64,000 bases of DNA from an uncultured Candidatus Rokubacteria bacterium. GTDB taxonomy: Bacteria; Methylomirabilota; Methylomirabilia; Rokubacteriales; CSP1-6. How positions within the stretch are numbered: the stretch's first letter is position 1; each line of letters starts with the position of its first letter. Shown one piece after another: positions 1-9,143 of the stretch. Under the pieces are notes generated by a model that saw only the letters and a list, made by a program, of their open reading frames with translations, searched no databases and was not told the origin of the DNA. The stretch is taken from assembly GCA_963771355.1 (NCBI GenBank), contig CAVYTA010000005.1, positions 352,001 through 416,000 on the forward strand, written 5' to 3'. Position numbers and translations under genes: made by a program.

Positions 1-851
1 TCGCTGATGAGATCGGCCATGCCCTTCCAGTCGCCCTCCAGCGATTTCGCGTGCAGCCGAGGAGAGAGATCGTCGAGGCCGTGGGCGGCGAGCACAGCGG
101 CATAGGTGCGGGTGGACGCGTAGAAGGCGATCTGCTGCTTCACCGCCTGCTTCTGCTGCTCGATCTCCTCTCGCGTGTCGCCCACGATGACCATGGTCGA
201 GGCGCGGAAGGTGAAGTCGAGCCGCGAGCGGCCGGCGCGGTGCAGGCCCTCCGCCACCGCGGGGTGCAGGATCTCGCGGAGGTATTTGGCCGAGTGGAAG
301 GAGTGGATGTGCAGCCCCTCCGCCACCTCGCCGGCCAGCCGTGCCATGTACGGATTCACTCCCGCGAGGTAGATGGGGATATGCGGGTGCTCGATGGGTC
401 CGGGATCGAAGAACGGCGTCATGAGATCGAAGCGGTACCACCGGCCATGGTAGTTCAGCGGCGCCTTGGTCTGCCACGTGTGCCAGATGGCCCGCAGCGC
501 CTCCACCATCTCGCGGAGCCGCGGACCCGGCGGCTCCCACTTCACCGAGAAGCGCCGCTCGTTGTGGGCCTTGACCTGGGTGCCCAGCCCCAGGGTGAAG
601 CGCCCGCCGGAGGCCTTCTGGAGATCCCAGGCGATCTGGGCGAGCACCATGGGGCTTCGCGCGAAGGCGATGGCGATGGCGGTGCCGAGCGCGATGCGCG
701 AGGTGGACGTGGCGGCCACCGCCAGGGGCAAGAACGCGTCGTGCTTGGTCTCGGCGGCCCACAGCGCGCCGAACCCGAGCTCCTCCGCGCGACGCGCGTA
801 GTCGGGGACGGCGCGCAGGTCGAAGGAGAGGAAGCCGGTGTCGAGCCGCAT
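1..851 (-). CDS. LLM-class F420-dependent oxidoreductase (TIGR03617-like), runs off window start
   Basis: Manual translation from ATG 851: MRLDTGFLSFDL...AEELGFGALWAAETKHDAF...GTAIAIAFARSP...GRFTLGLGTQVKAHNERRF; not in ORF track. Confidence 0.85.
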   Translation of the reverse strand, partial: MRLDTGFLSFDLRAVPDYARRAEELGFGALWAAETKHDAFLPLAVAATSTSRIALGTAIAIAFARSPMVLAQIAWDLQKASGGRFTLGLGTQVKAHNERRFSVKWEPPGPRLREMVEALRAIWHTWQTKAPLNYHGRWYRFDLMTPFFDPGPIEHPHIPIYLAGVNPYMARLAGEVAEGLHIHSFHSAKYLREILHPAVAEGLHRAGRSRLDFTFRASTMVIVGDTREEIEQQKQAVKQQIAFYASTRTYAAVLAAHGLDDLSPRLHAKSLEGDWKGMADLIS

Positions 852-867
852 GGGGTCGCCTCCGCGC

Positions 868-1755
868 TCAGGCCGTGCGTGTCCGGGGATCGAGCAGATC
901 GCGGACGGCGTCGCCGACCAGGTTGAGGGCCAGCACCATCACGAAGATCGCGAAGCCCGGCAGGAGCACCACGTGCGGGCTCAGGATGACGAATTGCCGG
1001 CCGGTGGCGAGCATGCTCCCCCAGTCCGCCGTCGGGGGCTGGGTGCCCAGCCCGAGGAAGGACAGCCCCGCGGTGGTGAGGATCTTGGCGCCGACATCCA
1101 GACTGAATGCCACCACGACGGGCGAGAGCAAGTGGGGCACCACGTGGCGGGCGAGGATGTGCCGGTCGGGGCTGCCCAGCGCGCGCGCCGCCTCCACGAA
1201 CTCGCGCTCGCGCACCGAGAGCACCACCCCGCGCACCAGCCGCGCGTAGATGGGGAAGCCCACGATGGCGATGGCGATCATGGCGTTGCGGAGCCCGGGG
1301 CCCAGCCCGGCCACGATGGCGATGGCGAGGAGGATGAAGGGGAAGGCCATCAGGATATCGGTGAACCGCATGATGAGGGACTCGACCCAGCCACGGTAGT
1401 AGCCGGCGAGGAGCCCGAGGCTCACGCCCATCAGCATCGCCGCCGCCGCGGTGCCGACCCCCGCGAGCAGCGAGACCCGCGCGCCCCAGACCAGGCGGCT
1501 GAGGAGATCGCGGCCGAACTCGTCGGTGCCCAGGGAATGCCCGGGCGTGCCCGGCGGCCTGAGCCGGCTCGGCGTGTCCACCGTGTCGGGGTCGGGGAGC
1601 GGGAGCCAGGGCGCGGCGAGCGCGGCCGTGATGGCCAGCGCGATGGCGGCCACGGCGACGACGGCGAGGCGGTTACGACGGAGCGCGTGGACGAGCGGCG
1701 AATCTGATCTACGGTCGTCGCGAGCAACGACCTCTGTAAGGTGGCTTCGCCTCAT
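868..1755 (-). CDS. Peptide/nickel ABC transporter permease (DppC-like)
   Basis: LGTDEFGRDLLSRLVWGAR, EAARALG loop, GLSFLGLG. Confidence 0.92.
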   Translation of the reverse strand: MRRSHLTEVVARDDRRSDSPLVHALRRNRLAVVAVAAIALAITAALAAPWLPLPDPDTVDTPSRLRPPGTPGHSLGTDEFGRDLLSRLVWGARVSLLAGVGTAAAAMLMGVSLGLLAGYYRGWVESLIMRFTDILMAFPFILLAIAIVAGLGPGLRNAMIAIAIVGFPIYARLVRGVVLSVREREFVEAARALGSPDRHILARHVVPHLLSPVVVAFSLDVGAKILTTAGLSFLGLGTQPPTADWGSMLATGRQFVILSPHVVLLPGFAIFVMVLALNLVGDAVRDLLDPRTRTA

Positions 1756-2705
1756 TTATTGAACTTGATCCGGGGATCCAGCCACGCATAGAGCGTGTCC
1801 ACCGCGAGGTTGACCAGCACGAACGAGAGCGCGATGACCAGCACGCCCCCCTGCACGAGCGGCATGTCGCGCGCCAGGATGCCCTGGACCACCAGGGTGC
1901 CCACGCCGGGCCAGGCGAAGACGGTCTCGGTGAGGACGGCACCGCCGAGCAGATAGCCGGCCTGCACGCCCACCACGGTGACGATCGGGATGAGGGCGTT
2001 CTTGAGCGCGTGCCGCCAGACCACCATGCGCTCGCCCAAACCCTTGGCGCGCGCGGTGCGGACATAGTCCTGGCCGAGCGTGTCCAGCATGGTGGCGCGC
2101 GTGAGCCGGGCGATGATGGTGACCGACGCCGCCGCGAGCGTCACCGCGGGCAGGACGAGATGGGCGAGGAGGTCTCCGAGCCCGCCCCCGCCATAGGGCG
2201 CGTACATGCCCGAGGCCGGCAGCCAGCCCAGCCAGAGGGAGAAGATCACCATCAGCACGATTCCCAGCCAGAACACCGGCATGCTCGCCCCGAAGAGGGA
2301 GGCGACGCCGGAGAGGCGGTCGAGGAGGGAGTTGGCGCGCGTGGCCGAAGCGATGCCGAGCGCGATGCCGCCGAGGGTGGAGAGGAGGAGCGCGCTCCCG
2401 GTGAGGAGGAGCGTGGCCTTGAAGCGCTCGAGCACCTCGCCCAGCACCGGCCGCTTCATCCACAGCGAGCGGCCGAGGTCGCCCTGGACCACCTGGCCGA
2501 TCCAGTGCAGGTACTGGACGTGCAGCGGCTGGTCCAGCCCGAGCTGGGTGCGGAGGCGGTCGAGATCCTCCTTGTTGGCATTGGCGCCCAGCATCACCTC
2601 GGCGGGATCGCCCGGCGCCAGGTGCAGCACCATGAACACGATCACCGACACCCCGAGCAGCACGGGCCCCAGATGCAGGAGCCGGCGCGCGAGGAAGGGA
2701 CCCAC
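1752..2705 (-). CDS. Peptide/nickel ABC transporter permease (DppB-like)
   Basis: APGDPA, QDYVRTARAKGL, ETVFAWPG; 4-bp overlap with next gene. Confidence 0.92.
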   Translation of the reverse strand: MGPFLARRLLHLGPVLLGVSVIVFMVLHLAPGDPAEVMLGANANKEDLDRLRTQLGLDQPLHVQYLHWIGQVVQGDLGRSLWMKRPVLGEVLERFKATLLLTGSALLLSTLGGIALGIASATRANSLLDRLSGVASLFGASMPVFWLGIVLMVIFSLWLGWLPASGMYAPYGGGGLGDLLAHLVLPAVTLAAASVTIIARLTRATMLDTLGQDYVRTARAKGLGERMVVWRHALKNALIPIVTVVGVQAGYLLGGAVLTETVFAWPGVGTLVVQGILARDMPLVQGGVLVIALSFVLVNLAVDTLYAWLDPRIKFNK

Positions 2706-2723
2706 GGAGAGGGGCGCCGTTCG

Positions 2724-4286
2724 CTACCGGAGGCTGATCGTCTCCACGCGGAGGTCGAAGCTCGGGTGAAGCTTGAAGCCCTGCACGCGCTTCGAGGTCG
2801 CGGCGATCTGGATCTCGTGGTCCACGAAGACCCAGGGGGCGTCCTCGATCAGGATGCGCTGGGCCTCGCGGTACAGCGCCGCCCGCTTGGCCTGATCGGT
2901 GACCTGGCGCGCCTCCGCGAGGAGGGCGTCGAACTTCTCGTTCTTGTACATGGCCCGATTGGGTCCGTTGGGCGTCCACTGGCTCGAGTGGAAGAGCGGA
3001 TACATCACCATGTCCGGGTCCTCGGACCCGGCGGCCCAGGAGAGCGCGAAGAGATCCTGCTCCTTGGTGCGGAGCTTGGCGATGTAGGCGCCCCATTCCA
3101 TGGTCTGCAGCGTGACGTTCACGCCCACCGCGCGCAGGTTCGACTGCATGACCACCGCCATGGCCACCGGCGACTGCATGCCGGAGCCCGACTCCGGCAC
3201 CCACATGGTGGTCGAGAAGCCGTTGGGGTAGCCCGCCTCGGCGAGGAGCTTCTTGGCCTTGGCGGGATCGTAGGCATAGGCGGGGAGATTGGGATCGGCG
3301 CCCCAGGTCCCGGGCAGCACGGGGCCGCGCGAGACGGCCCCCGTGCCCTTGAGCACGTCCTTGACGATGGCGTCCTTGTTCACCGCGTAGTTCAGGGCCT
3401 GGCGCACGCGCTTGTCGTCGAGCGGCTTCTTGGTGTTGTTGATACCGAGGTACCAGACATGCGCGCCCACCTGCTTGAGGAGATTCGCCTTGGGGCTTCC
3501 CTCGAGCTGGGCCACGAAGTCGGGGGGCACGCCCACGATGAGGTCGAGGGTGCCGGTGAGGAGCTCGGTCAGGCGTGCCTGGTCCTCCACGATGGGCCGG
3601 TAGACCACGCGGTCGAACTTCACCGCGCCCTTCCAGTACTCGGGGAACTTCTCGAGCACCACCGACTGCCCGCGCGCCCACGAGCCGTAGCGGAAGGGGC
3701 CGGTGCCCACGGGGGCGAGGGCGAAATCTACGCCGGCCTTGGTGGCGGCGGTGGGGCTCACCATGGAGGCGGCGGCCGCGGCCATGACGACGAGGAAGGA
3801 GGCGCGCGGCTCCTTCAAGACGAAGCGGACAGTGGAATCGTCCATCGCCTCGATGGCCTTCACGTTGCCGAAGAAGTAGTTGGCGAAAGGGTACTTCCCC
3901 AGCTTGTTGGCGGGATGCTCGGGGTTGATCTGGCGCTCGATGGAGAACTTCGCGGCGGCGGCGTTGAAGGGAGTGCCGTCGTGGAACTTCACTCCCTTGC
4001 GGAGCTTGAAGGTGTACTGGAGCCCGTCGGGCGAGATGGTCCAGGACTCGGCCAGGCCGGGCACGATCTGGGTGGTCTCTTCCGCGAACGTCACCAGCGG
4101 CTCCACGATGCGCCGGCCGACCCGGTTGGAGTTGAAGTCCGTCACCTGCGCGGGATCCAGATTCACCGGCTCCGCCACCAGCCCGACCACGAGCGTGCCG
4201 GCGGGCTGGGCCGTGGCCGACCCGCCGCCCAGGGTCAGCGCGAGCGGGAGGAGCAGAGCGAGGATGCCGAGGCGTCCGATCTTCAT
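2724..4286 (-). CDS. Peptide ABC transporter substrate-binding protein (family 5)
   Basis: Signal peptide from ATG 4286 with GGAGG RBS; PGLAESW, FKLRKGVKFHDG, PVGTGPF. Confidence 0.92.
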   Translation of the reverse strand: MKIGRLGILALLLPLALTLGGGSATAQPAGTLVVGLVAEPVNLDPAQVTDFNSNRVGRRIVEPLVTFAEETTQIVPGLAESWTISPDGLQYTFKLRKGVKFHDGTPFNAAAAKFSIERQINPEHPANKLGKYPFANYFFGNVKAIEAMDDSTVRFVLKEPRASFLVVMAAAAASMVSPTAATKAGVDFALAPVGTGPFRYGSWARGQSVVLEKFPEYWKGAVKFDRVVYRPIVEDQARLTELLTGTLDLIVGVPPDFVAQLEGSPKANLLKQVGAHVWYLGINNTKKPLDDKRVRQALNYAVNKDAIVKDVLKGTGAVSRGPVLPGTWGADPNLPAYAYDPAKAKKLLAEAGYPNGFSTTMWVPESGSGMQSPVAMAVVMQSNLRAVGVNVTLQTMEWGAYIAKLRTKEQDLFALSWAAGSEDPDMVMYPLFHSSQWTPNGPNRAMYKNEKFDALLAEARQVTDQAKRAALYREAQRILIEDAPWVFVDHEIQIAATSKRVQGFKLHPSFDLRVETISLR

Positions 4287-4346
4287 CGCGCGACCTCCAG
4301 ATTCGAGGGAAGGAATCGACACGTTACCGCGACATCGTATACTATT

Positions 4347-4458
4347 TTTCCGCTCGCCTCGCCTTCGGCTGCAGCTCGCCAAGCTCGAACTTTCCGCTCG
4401 CCTCGCCTTCGGCTGCAGCTCGCCAAGCTCGAACTCTCCGCTCGCCTCGCCTTCGGCT
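4347..4458. repeat. 44-bp tandem repeat, about 2.5 copies, intergenic
   Basis: TTTCCGCTCGCCTCGCCTTCGGCTGCAGCTCGCCAAGCTCGAAC at 4347 and 4391; partial copy at 4435. Confidence 0.92.
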
Positions 4459-4462
4459 CGAG

Positions 4463-5380
4463 TCATGGCACCTGGAGCCGGCCCTCGATGAGGGGCACCA
4501 CGCTGCCGCCCACCTCGATCTCGGCGAGATGGCCGTCGCGCGCGACTCCACGAATGTGCAACCGGCTCGGCCTTCCCATCTTCACGCCCTGGTCGCTCAC
4601 GATCTCGACCTTGCCGCTCGCGTTGACGAGCCGGTGCCGCACGAGATACGCGCCGAGCGGTCCACTGGCCGAGCCGGTGGCCGGGTCCTCGGGAATGCCC
4701 GACGTGTGCGGGGCGAACATGCGCGAGTGAACGCGGCCGGCGGCGGGATCGGGGCCGGGGGCGAAGATGAAGATGCCCACCAGCGGCTGGTCTCCCAGCG
4801 CTTTGATGATCTTCGGCACGTCGAGGAGGGCACGGTCGACCGTGGCCCGGTCGCGGAGCGGCACGAAGAGGAACCGCGAGCCGGTGGAGCCGGACTGGAT
4901 GGGGGCGCCGGGCACCAGGTCGGCCTCGGCCAGGCCGAGCGCCGCCGCCACCTCGGCACGATTGGCCAGCTCCGGCCCCCACTCCGGCTCGCGATGGCGC
5001 ATCCAGAGGAAGCTGGGCCGGGCGGGATCGCCCTCGAGCGTCACCGGCACGGGGCCGATGCCTTCCTCCAAATTGAACGCGGAGGCGTTTTCCGGCAGGA
5101 GCCCGTGGGCGGCCAGCACCCAGGCGGTGCCGATGGTGGGATGCCCGGCGAACGGGAGCTCGCGGGCGGGGGTGAAGATCCGGACGCGCGCCGTGCAGTC
5201 CCCGCGGGTGGGCGGCAGGATGAAGGTCGTCTCGGAGAGGTTCATCTCCTTGGCGATGGCCTGCATCTCGCCGTCCGTCAGGCCGGTGGCCTCGAACACG
5301 ACCGCGAGGGGATTGCCCCCGAAGACGCGATCGGTGAAGACGTCGACGTGGACGAAGCGGTACTCGCGCGCCGCGCTCAC
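4463..5380 (-). CDS. PhzF-family epimerase/isomerase
   Basis: VDVFTDRVFGGNPLAVV, EMNLSET, FAGHPTIG, EDPATGSA; GTG start at 5380. Confidence 0.9.
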   Translation of the reverse strand: MSAAREYRFVHVDVFTDRVFGGNPLAVVFEATGLTDGEMQAIAKEMNLSETTFILPPTRGDCTARVRIFTPARELPFAGHPTIGTAWVLAAHGLLPENASAFNLEEGIGPVPVTLEGDPARPSFLWMRHREPEWGPELANRAEVAAALGLAEADLVPGAPIQSGSTGSRFLFVPLRDRATVDRALLDVPKIIKALGDQPLVGIFIFAPGPDPAAGRVHSRMFAPHTSGIPEDPATGSASGPLGAYLVRHRLVNASGKVEIVSDQGVKMGRPSRLHIRGVARDGHLAEIEVGGSVVPLIEGRLQVP

Positions 5381-5396
5381 CCCGCCGCGCCGCCGC

Positions 5397-7035
5397 TCAC
5401 GAGTACATCGAGAAGTCCACCGCCTTCTCGGTGATGAACTCGAGCAGCGCGGGCTTCCCCTCCTGCGTCTGCTTGATCGCCCGCTTGATGGCGGGCACGA
5501 TCTCGCCGGGCTCGGTGACGCGCTCACCGTGGCCCCCGAAGGCCTTGGCCATGTCGGCGTAGTTGCCGCTGATGTCGGTGCTCCGGAACTTCTCCGTCGC
5601 CACCGCCATCACCTTGAGCTCGATGGCCATGGAGAAGTTGTTGAGGAGCACCGAGAGGATGGGGATGCGCTCCCGCACCGCGGTCTCGAAATCCATGCCG
5701 GTGAAGCCGATGGCGGCATCGCCCCAGAGGTTGATGCAGAGCTTCTGGGGGGCGGCGAGCTTGGCGCCCATGGCCAGCCCGAGCCCGTAGCCGAGCTGGG
5801 TGGTCTTCCCCCAGCCGATATAGGACAGCGGCGTCACCGTCTCCCAGAAGGGCGAGAGCTGGTCCCGGGGGCTGCCCGCGTCGTGGGTGATGATGGTGTT
5901 CGTGAGGTCCACCGTCTGCATGAGGTCCCAGATCACGCGGTAGGGCGACAGCGGCTTGGTGTTCTGGGTCAGCCGCGGCATCCACTGGTTGAGCCACTCC
6001 GACTTCACCGTCTTGATGCCGTGCGGTAACCTTGTCGAGCCGGCCGCGGGGCGCGCCCTTGATCCGATCCTTCACCTCGACGATGAGGGCATCCAGCACG
6101 AGCCCCGCGTCGCCGATGAGCGCGTGGTCGGCGGGCACGTCCTTGTTGAGGTCGAGCGGATCGAGGGTGGAGTGGATCATCACCTTGCCCTTCGGGAAGG
6201 TGATGCCGTAGTTCGTGGTGGAGAAGCTGCAGCCCACCCCGAAGATGACGTCGGACTCCTGGAGGAACTGGTGGACGGCCTTGGGCAGCGACCGCCCGCC
6301 CGAGCCGAGCGACAGCGGGTGGCTCTCCGGGAACGCGCTCTTGCCCTCGAGGCTGGTGGTCACCGGGCACTCGAGCAGCTCGGCGAGCTGGCGGAGCTGC
6401 GGCCAGGCCTGGGCGTAGTGCACGCCCTGGCCCGCGTAGATCACGGGGCGCTCGGCGGCCACCAGCACGCGCGCGGCCTCCGCCACGTCCTTCGGGTCCG
6501 GCGCGATGCGGGTGCGCGGCGTCGCCTTGTACACCAGGGGCTCCGGCACCTCCTCCATCATCATGTCCACCGGGATCTCCACCAGCACCGGGCGCGGCCG
6601 GCCGTTCTTCACCTGGGTGAAGGCCCGGCGCATGGCGTCGGGCACGTCCACCGCGCGGATCACCCACTCCGCCCACTTGGTGACGTGCCGGTAGTTGAGC
6701 GTGGAGGAGAAGTTGGGCGTGATGCCGGCGATCTTCCGCGGATAGCCGCCGGGGATCACCACGATGGGCACCGAGTCGCCGAAGGCCTGAGCCACGCCGC
6801 CGAAGGCGTTCTCGGTGCCGGGCCCGTGCTGCATCGCGAAGACGCCGATCTTCCGGCCCGACGTGATCCGGCTCACCGCGTCCGCCATGTGCAGCCCGGT
6901 GCGCTCCTGCCGCACGATGATGGTGCGGATGTCGGCGGCGGCGGCGGCCTCGAGCACGTGGTTGACGGGATAGCCGATCAGGAACTCGACTCCCTCGCGC
7001 TTCAGGATCTCGGCGATCGCATCGATGACCTTCAT
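5397..7035 (-). pseudogene. Thiamine-diphosphate-dependent enzyme (acetolactate synthase-like) with one frameshift near 6020 (pseudogene or sequence error)
   Basis: N-part MKVIDAIAEILKREG...RQERTGLHMADA; C-part in another frame with WGDAAIG...LLNN ThDP motif. Confidence 0.8.
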
Positions 7036-7120
7036 GACGCCTCCTTGGTTGGAATAGCCGAGAGAGTACACCAATTCACCGGGCCGCGGGCGGGCCGCTC
7101 GGCGCGCCCCCTTTTCGCGC

Positions 7121-7149
7121 TTGACCCGCCGCCCGGCCCTCCTTAGGGT
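7121..7149 (+). promoter_or_regulatory. Putative sigma70 promoter
   Basis: TTGACC-17bp-TAGGGT upstream of ridA-like gene. Confidence 0.4.
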
Positions 7150-7197
7150 GCTGGTGTTCGACGGTTCATGGCGGCGAACCCCCACGGGAGGGCGAAC

Positions 7198-7653
7198 ATG
7201 GCGAAGCGAGCGAAGCGCGGGCGGGCAGTGAAACGGTCGGCACGGCCGAAGCGGGCGAGCCGTCCCCACCGGCAAGAGCTCCGCGTCCCCGGGATGTCGG
7301 AGCCGATCAGCCACTTCACCCACGTGGTGCGGGCGGGCAACATCGTCTTCGTCTCGGGCTGCGTGGCTTCCGACGAGCACGGCCGCACCGTGGGCGGGGA
7401 CGACGCCACCGCCCAGGCGCGCAAGGCACTGGACAACATCAAGGCCTGCCTCACTGCCGCCGGCGCCACCTTCGCCGACGTCTGCAAGGTGACGGTGTTC
7501 CTCAAGAACATCGCCGATCGCGAGAAGGTCAACGTGGCGCGCAAGGAGTACTTCGGCGCCCACCGGCCCGCCAGCACCCTGGTGGAGATCTCCCAGTTCG
7601 TGCGGCCCGACATCCTGGTGGAGATCGAGGCCACGGCGGTGGTGGCGAGGTGA
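7198..7653 (+). CDS. RidA/YjgF family protein with Arg/Lys-rich N-terminal extension
   Basis: GNIVFVSG, KVTVFL, RPASTLVEI, VEIEATA; GGGAGG RBS before ATG 7198. Confidence 0.9.
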   Translation: MAKRAKRGRAVKRSARPKRASRPHRQELRVPGMSEPISHFTHVVRAGNIVFVSGCVASDEHGRTVGGDDATAQARKALDNIKACLTAAGATFADVCKVTVFLKNIADREKVNVARKEYFGAHRPASTLVEISQFVRPDILVEIEATAVVAR

Positions 7654-8852
7654 GCGTGGAGACCGCGGACGTCGTCATCGTCGGCGGCGGCGTCCACGGG
7701 TGTAGCCTCGCCTACGCGCTGGCCGCGCGCGGGGTGAAGCGGGTGATCCTGCTCGAGCAGGGTGCGCTGGCGCACGGCGCATCGGGGCGCTCGAGCGCGC
7801 TCGTCCGCATGCACTACACGAACGAATGGGACGCGCGCCTGGCGTGGGCGAGCTTTCCGGTGTTCCGCCACTGGGCGGAGCTCATGGGCGGTCCGCCCGT
7901 CTTCACCCATACCGGCTTCGTCAACGTCGTCGCGCCGGAGTACGCGGAGGCGCTCAGGAGGAATGTCGAGATGCTCCGCGGCCTCGGCATCAATACCAGC
8001 GTGCTCTCTCCCGCCGACCTCCGGGACCTCCAGCCCTTCGCGGCGGTGGACGACCTCGGGGCGGCCGCCTACGAGCCCGACTCGGGCTACGCGAGCCCCG
8101 TGGACGTGGTGGAAGGATTCGCGCGCCGCGCCCGTGAGCTCGGCGCGGCGGTGCGGCCGTGGACGGCGGTGACGGCGGTGCGGCGGTCGGGCCGTCGGGT
8201 CACCGGCGTGGAGACGGCGGCGGGGGCCATCGACGCGGGCGCGGTGGTGGTGGCGGCGGGAGCCTGGGCGCCGCGCCTCTGCCGCGAGCTCGGGGTGACG
8301 CTCCCCGCGCGACCCAAGGCTATCGACACGGTGGCGGTCACGCGGCCGCCCGCGCTCGCGCAGGGCCACATGGTCTTCATCGACAACGTCCAGGGCAGCT
8401 ACTTCCGTACCGAGGCGGGCGGCCTCACGCTGGTGGGAGTGCCGTGCCAGGAGTGGGACATCGATCCCGACACGGCCAGTACCGGGCTGCCGCCCCACGC
8501 GGCGGGGGAAGGCGCGCGCATCCTCACGCGGCGCATCCCCGCCATGGAGAGCGCCACCCTCGCGCGCGGCTATCGCGCCTTCGACGGCTACAGCGGTGAC
8601 CGCCACGCCATCCTGGGGCCGGTGGACGGCGTGGATGGCCTCTATCTCGCCACCGCCTTCAGCGGCTCCGGCTTCAAGATCGCGCCCGCGGTGGGCCAGT
8701 GCATGGCCGAGCTCATCACCGAGGGGCACGCCAAGACGGTGGACATCACGGCCTTCGGCCTCCGCCGCTTTGCCGAGGGCCGCTCGCCGCAGGGCCCGTA
8801 CCCCTACGCCCCGCGGCATGATCAGGTGGAGCCTGCGCGGGGAGCGCGGTGA
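7650..8852 (+). CDS. FAD-dependent oxidoreductase (DAO/sarcosine oxidase beta family)
   Basis: DVVIVGGGVHG, GASGRS, AFSGSGFKIAP. Confidence 0.9.
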   Translation: MSVETADVVIVGGGVHGCSLAYALAARGVKRVILLEQGALAHGASGRSSALVRMHYTNEWDARLAWASFPVFRHWAELMGGPPVFTHTGFVNVVAPEYAEALRRNVEMLRGLGINTSVLSPADLRDLQPFAAVDDLGAAAYEPDSGYASPVDVVEGFARRARELGAAVRPWTAVTAVRRSGRRVTGVETAAGAIDAGAVVVAAGAWAPRLCRELGVTLPARPKAIDTVAVTRPPALAQGHMVFIDNVQGSYFRTEAGGLTLVGVPCQEWDIDPDTASTGLPPHAAGEGARILTRRIPAMESATLARGYRAFDGYSGDRHAILGPVDGVDGLYLATAFSGSGFKIAPAVGQCMAELITEGHAKTVDITAFGLRRFAEGRSPQGPYPYAPRHDQVEPARGAR

Positions 8853-9121
8853 GCGACGCGGAGAAGCTGGACCGCATCGCGCGGCTGCTCGAGGAGATCC
8901 GCGACGGTCAGAAGGCCCAGCTCGAGCGGCAGGCGGACACCCTCGCCCTGCAGAAGGAGCAGTTCGAGCGGACGCACAAGCTGCAGGAGCGCGCGGAGGC
9001 GATCCAGGATCGGAGCGCCCGGCTCGTGGGCCGCGTGCAACGGTTCGTGCCGTTCGCGATGGCGGTGGTGGTGATCCTGATCGGATACGTGTCGTGGCTG
9101 CTGTTCCGATTCTATCGCTGA
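8849..9121 (+). CDS. Small hypothetical protein, coiled coil plus C-terminal TM helix
   Basis: GTGA-coupled to upstream gene; charged helical region then VPFAMAVVVILIGYVSWLLF. Confidence 0.75.
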   Translation: MSDAEKLDRIARLLEEIRDGQKAQLERQADTLALQKEQFERTHKLQERAEAIQDRSARLVGRVQRFVPFAMAVVVILIGYVSWLLFRFYR

Positions 9122-9143
9122 GAGCCCCGGGAGGAGCGACGGC

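Noticed and set aside
4347..4458. Possible CRISPR array
   Set aside because: Units are head-to-tail with no unique spacers, and no cas genes are present.
4463..5380. Phenazine biosynthesis
   Set aside because: Lone PhzF-family gene without phzA/B/D/E/G.
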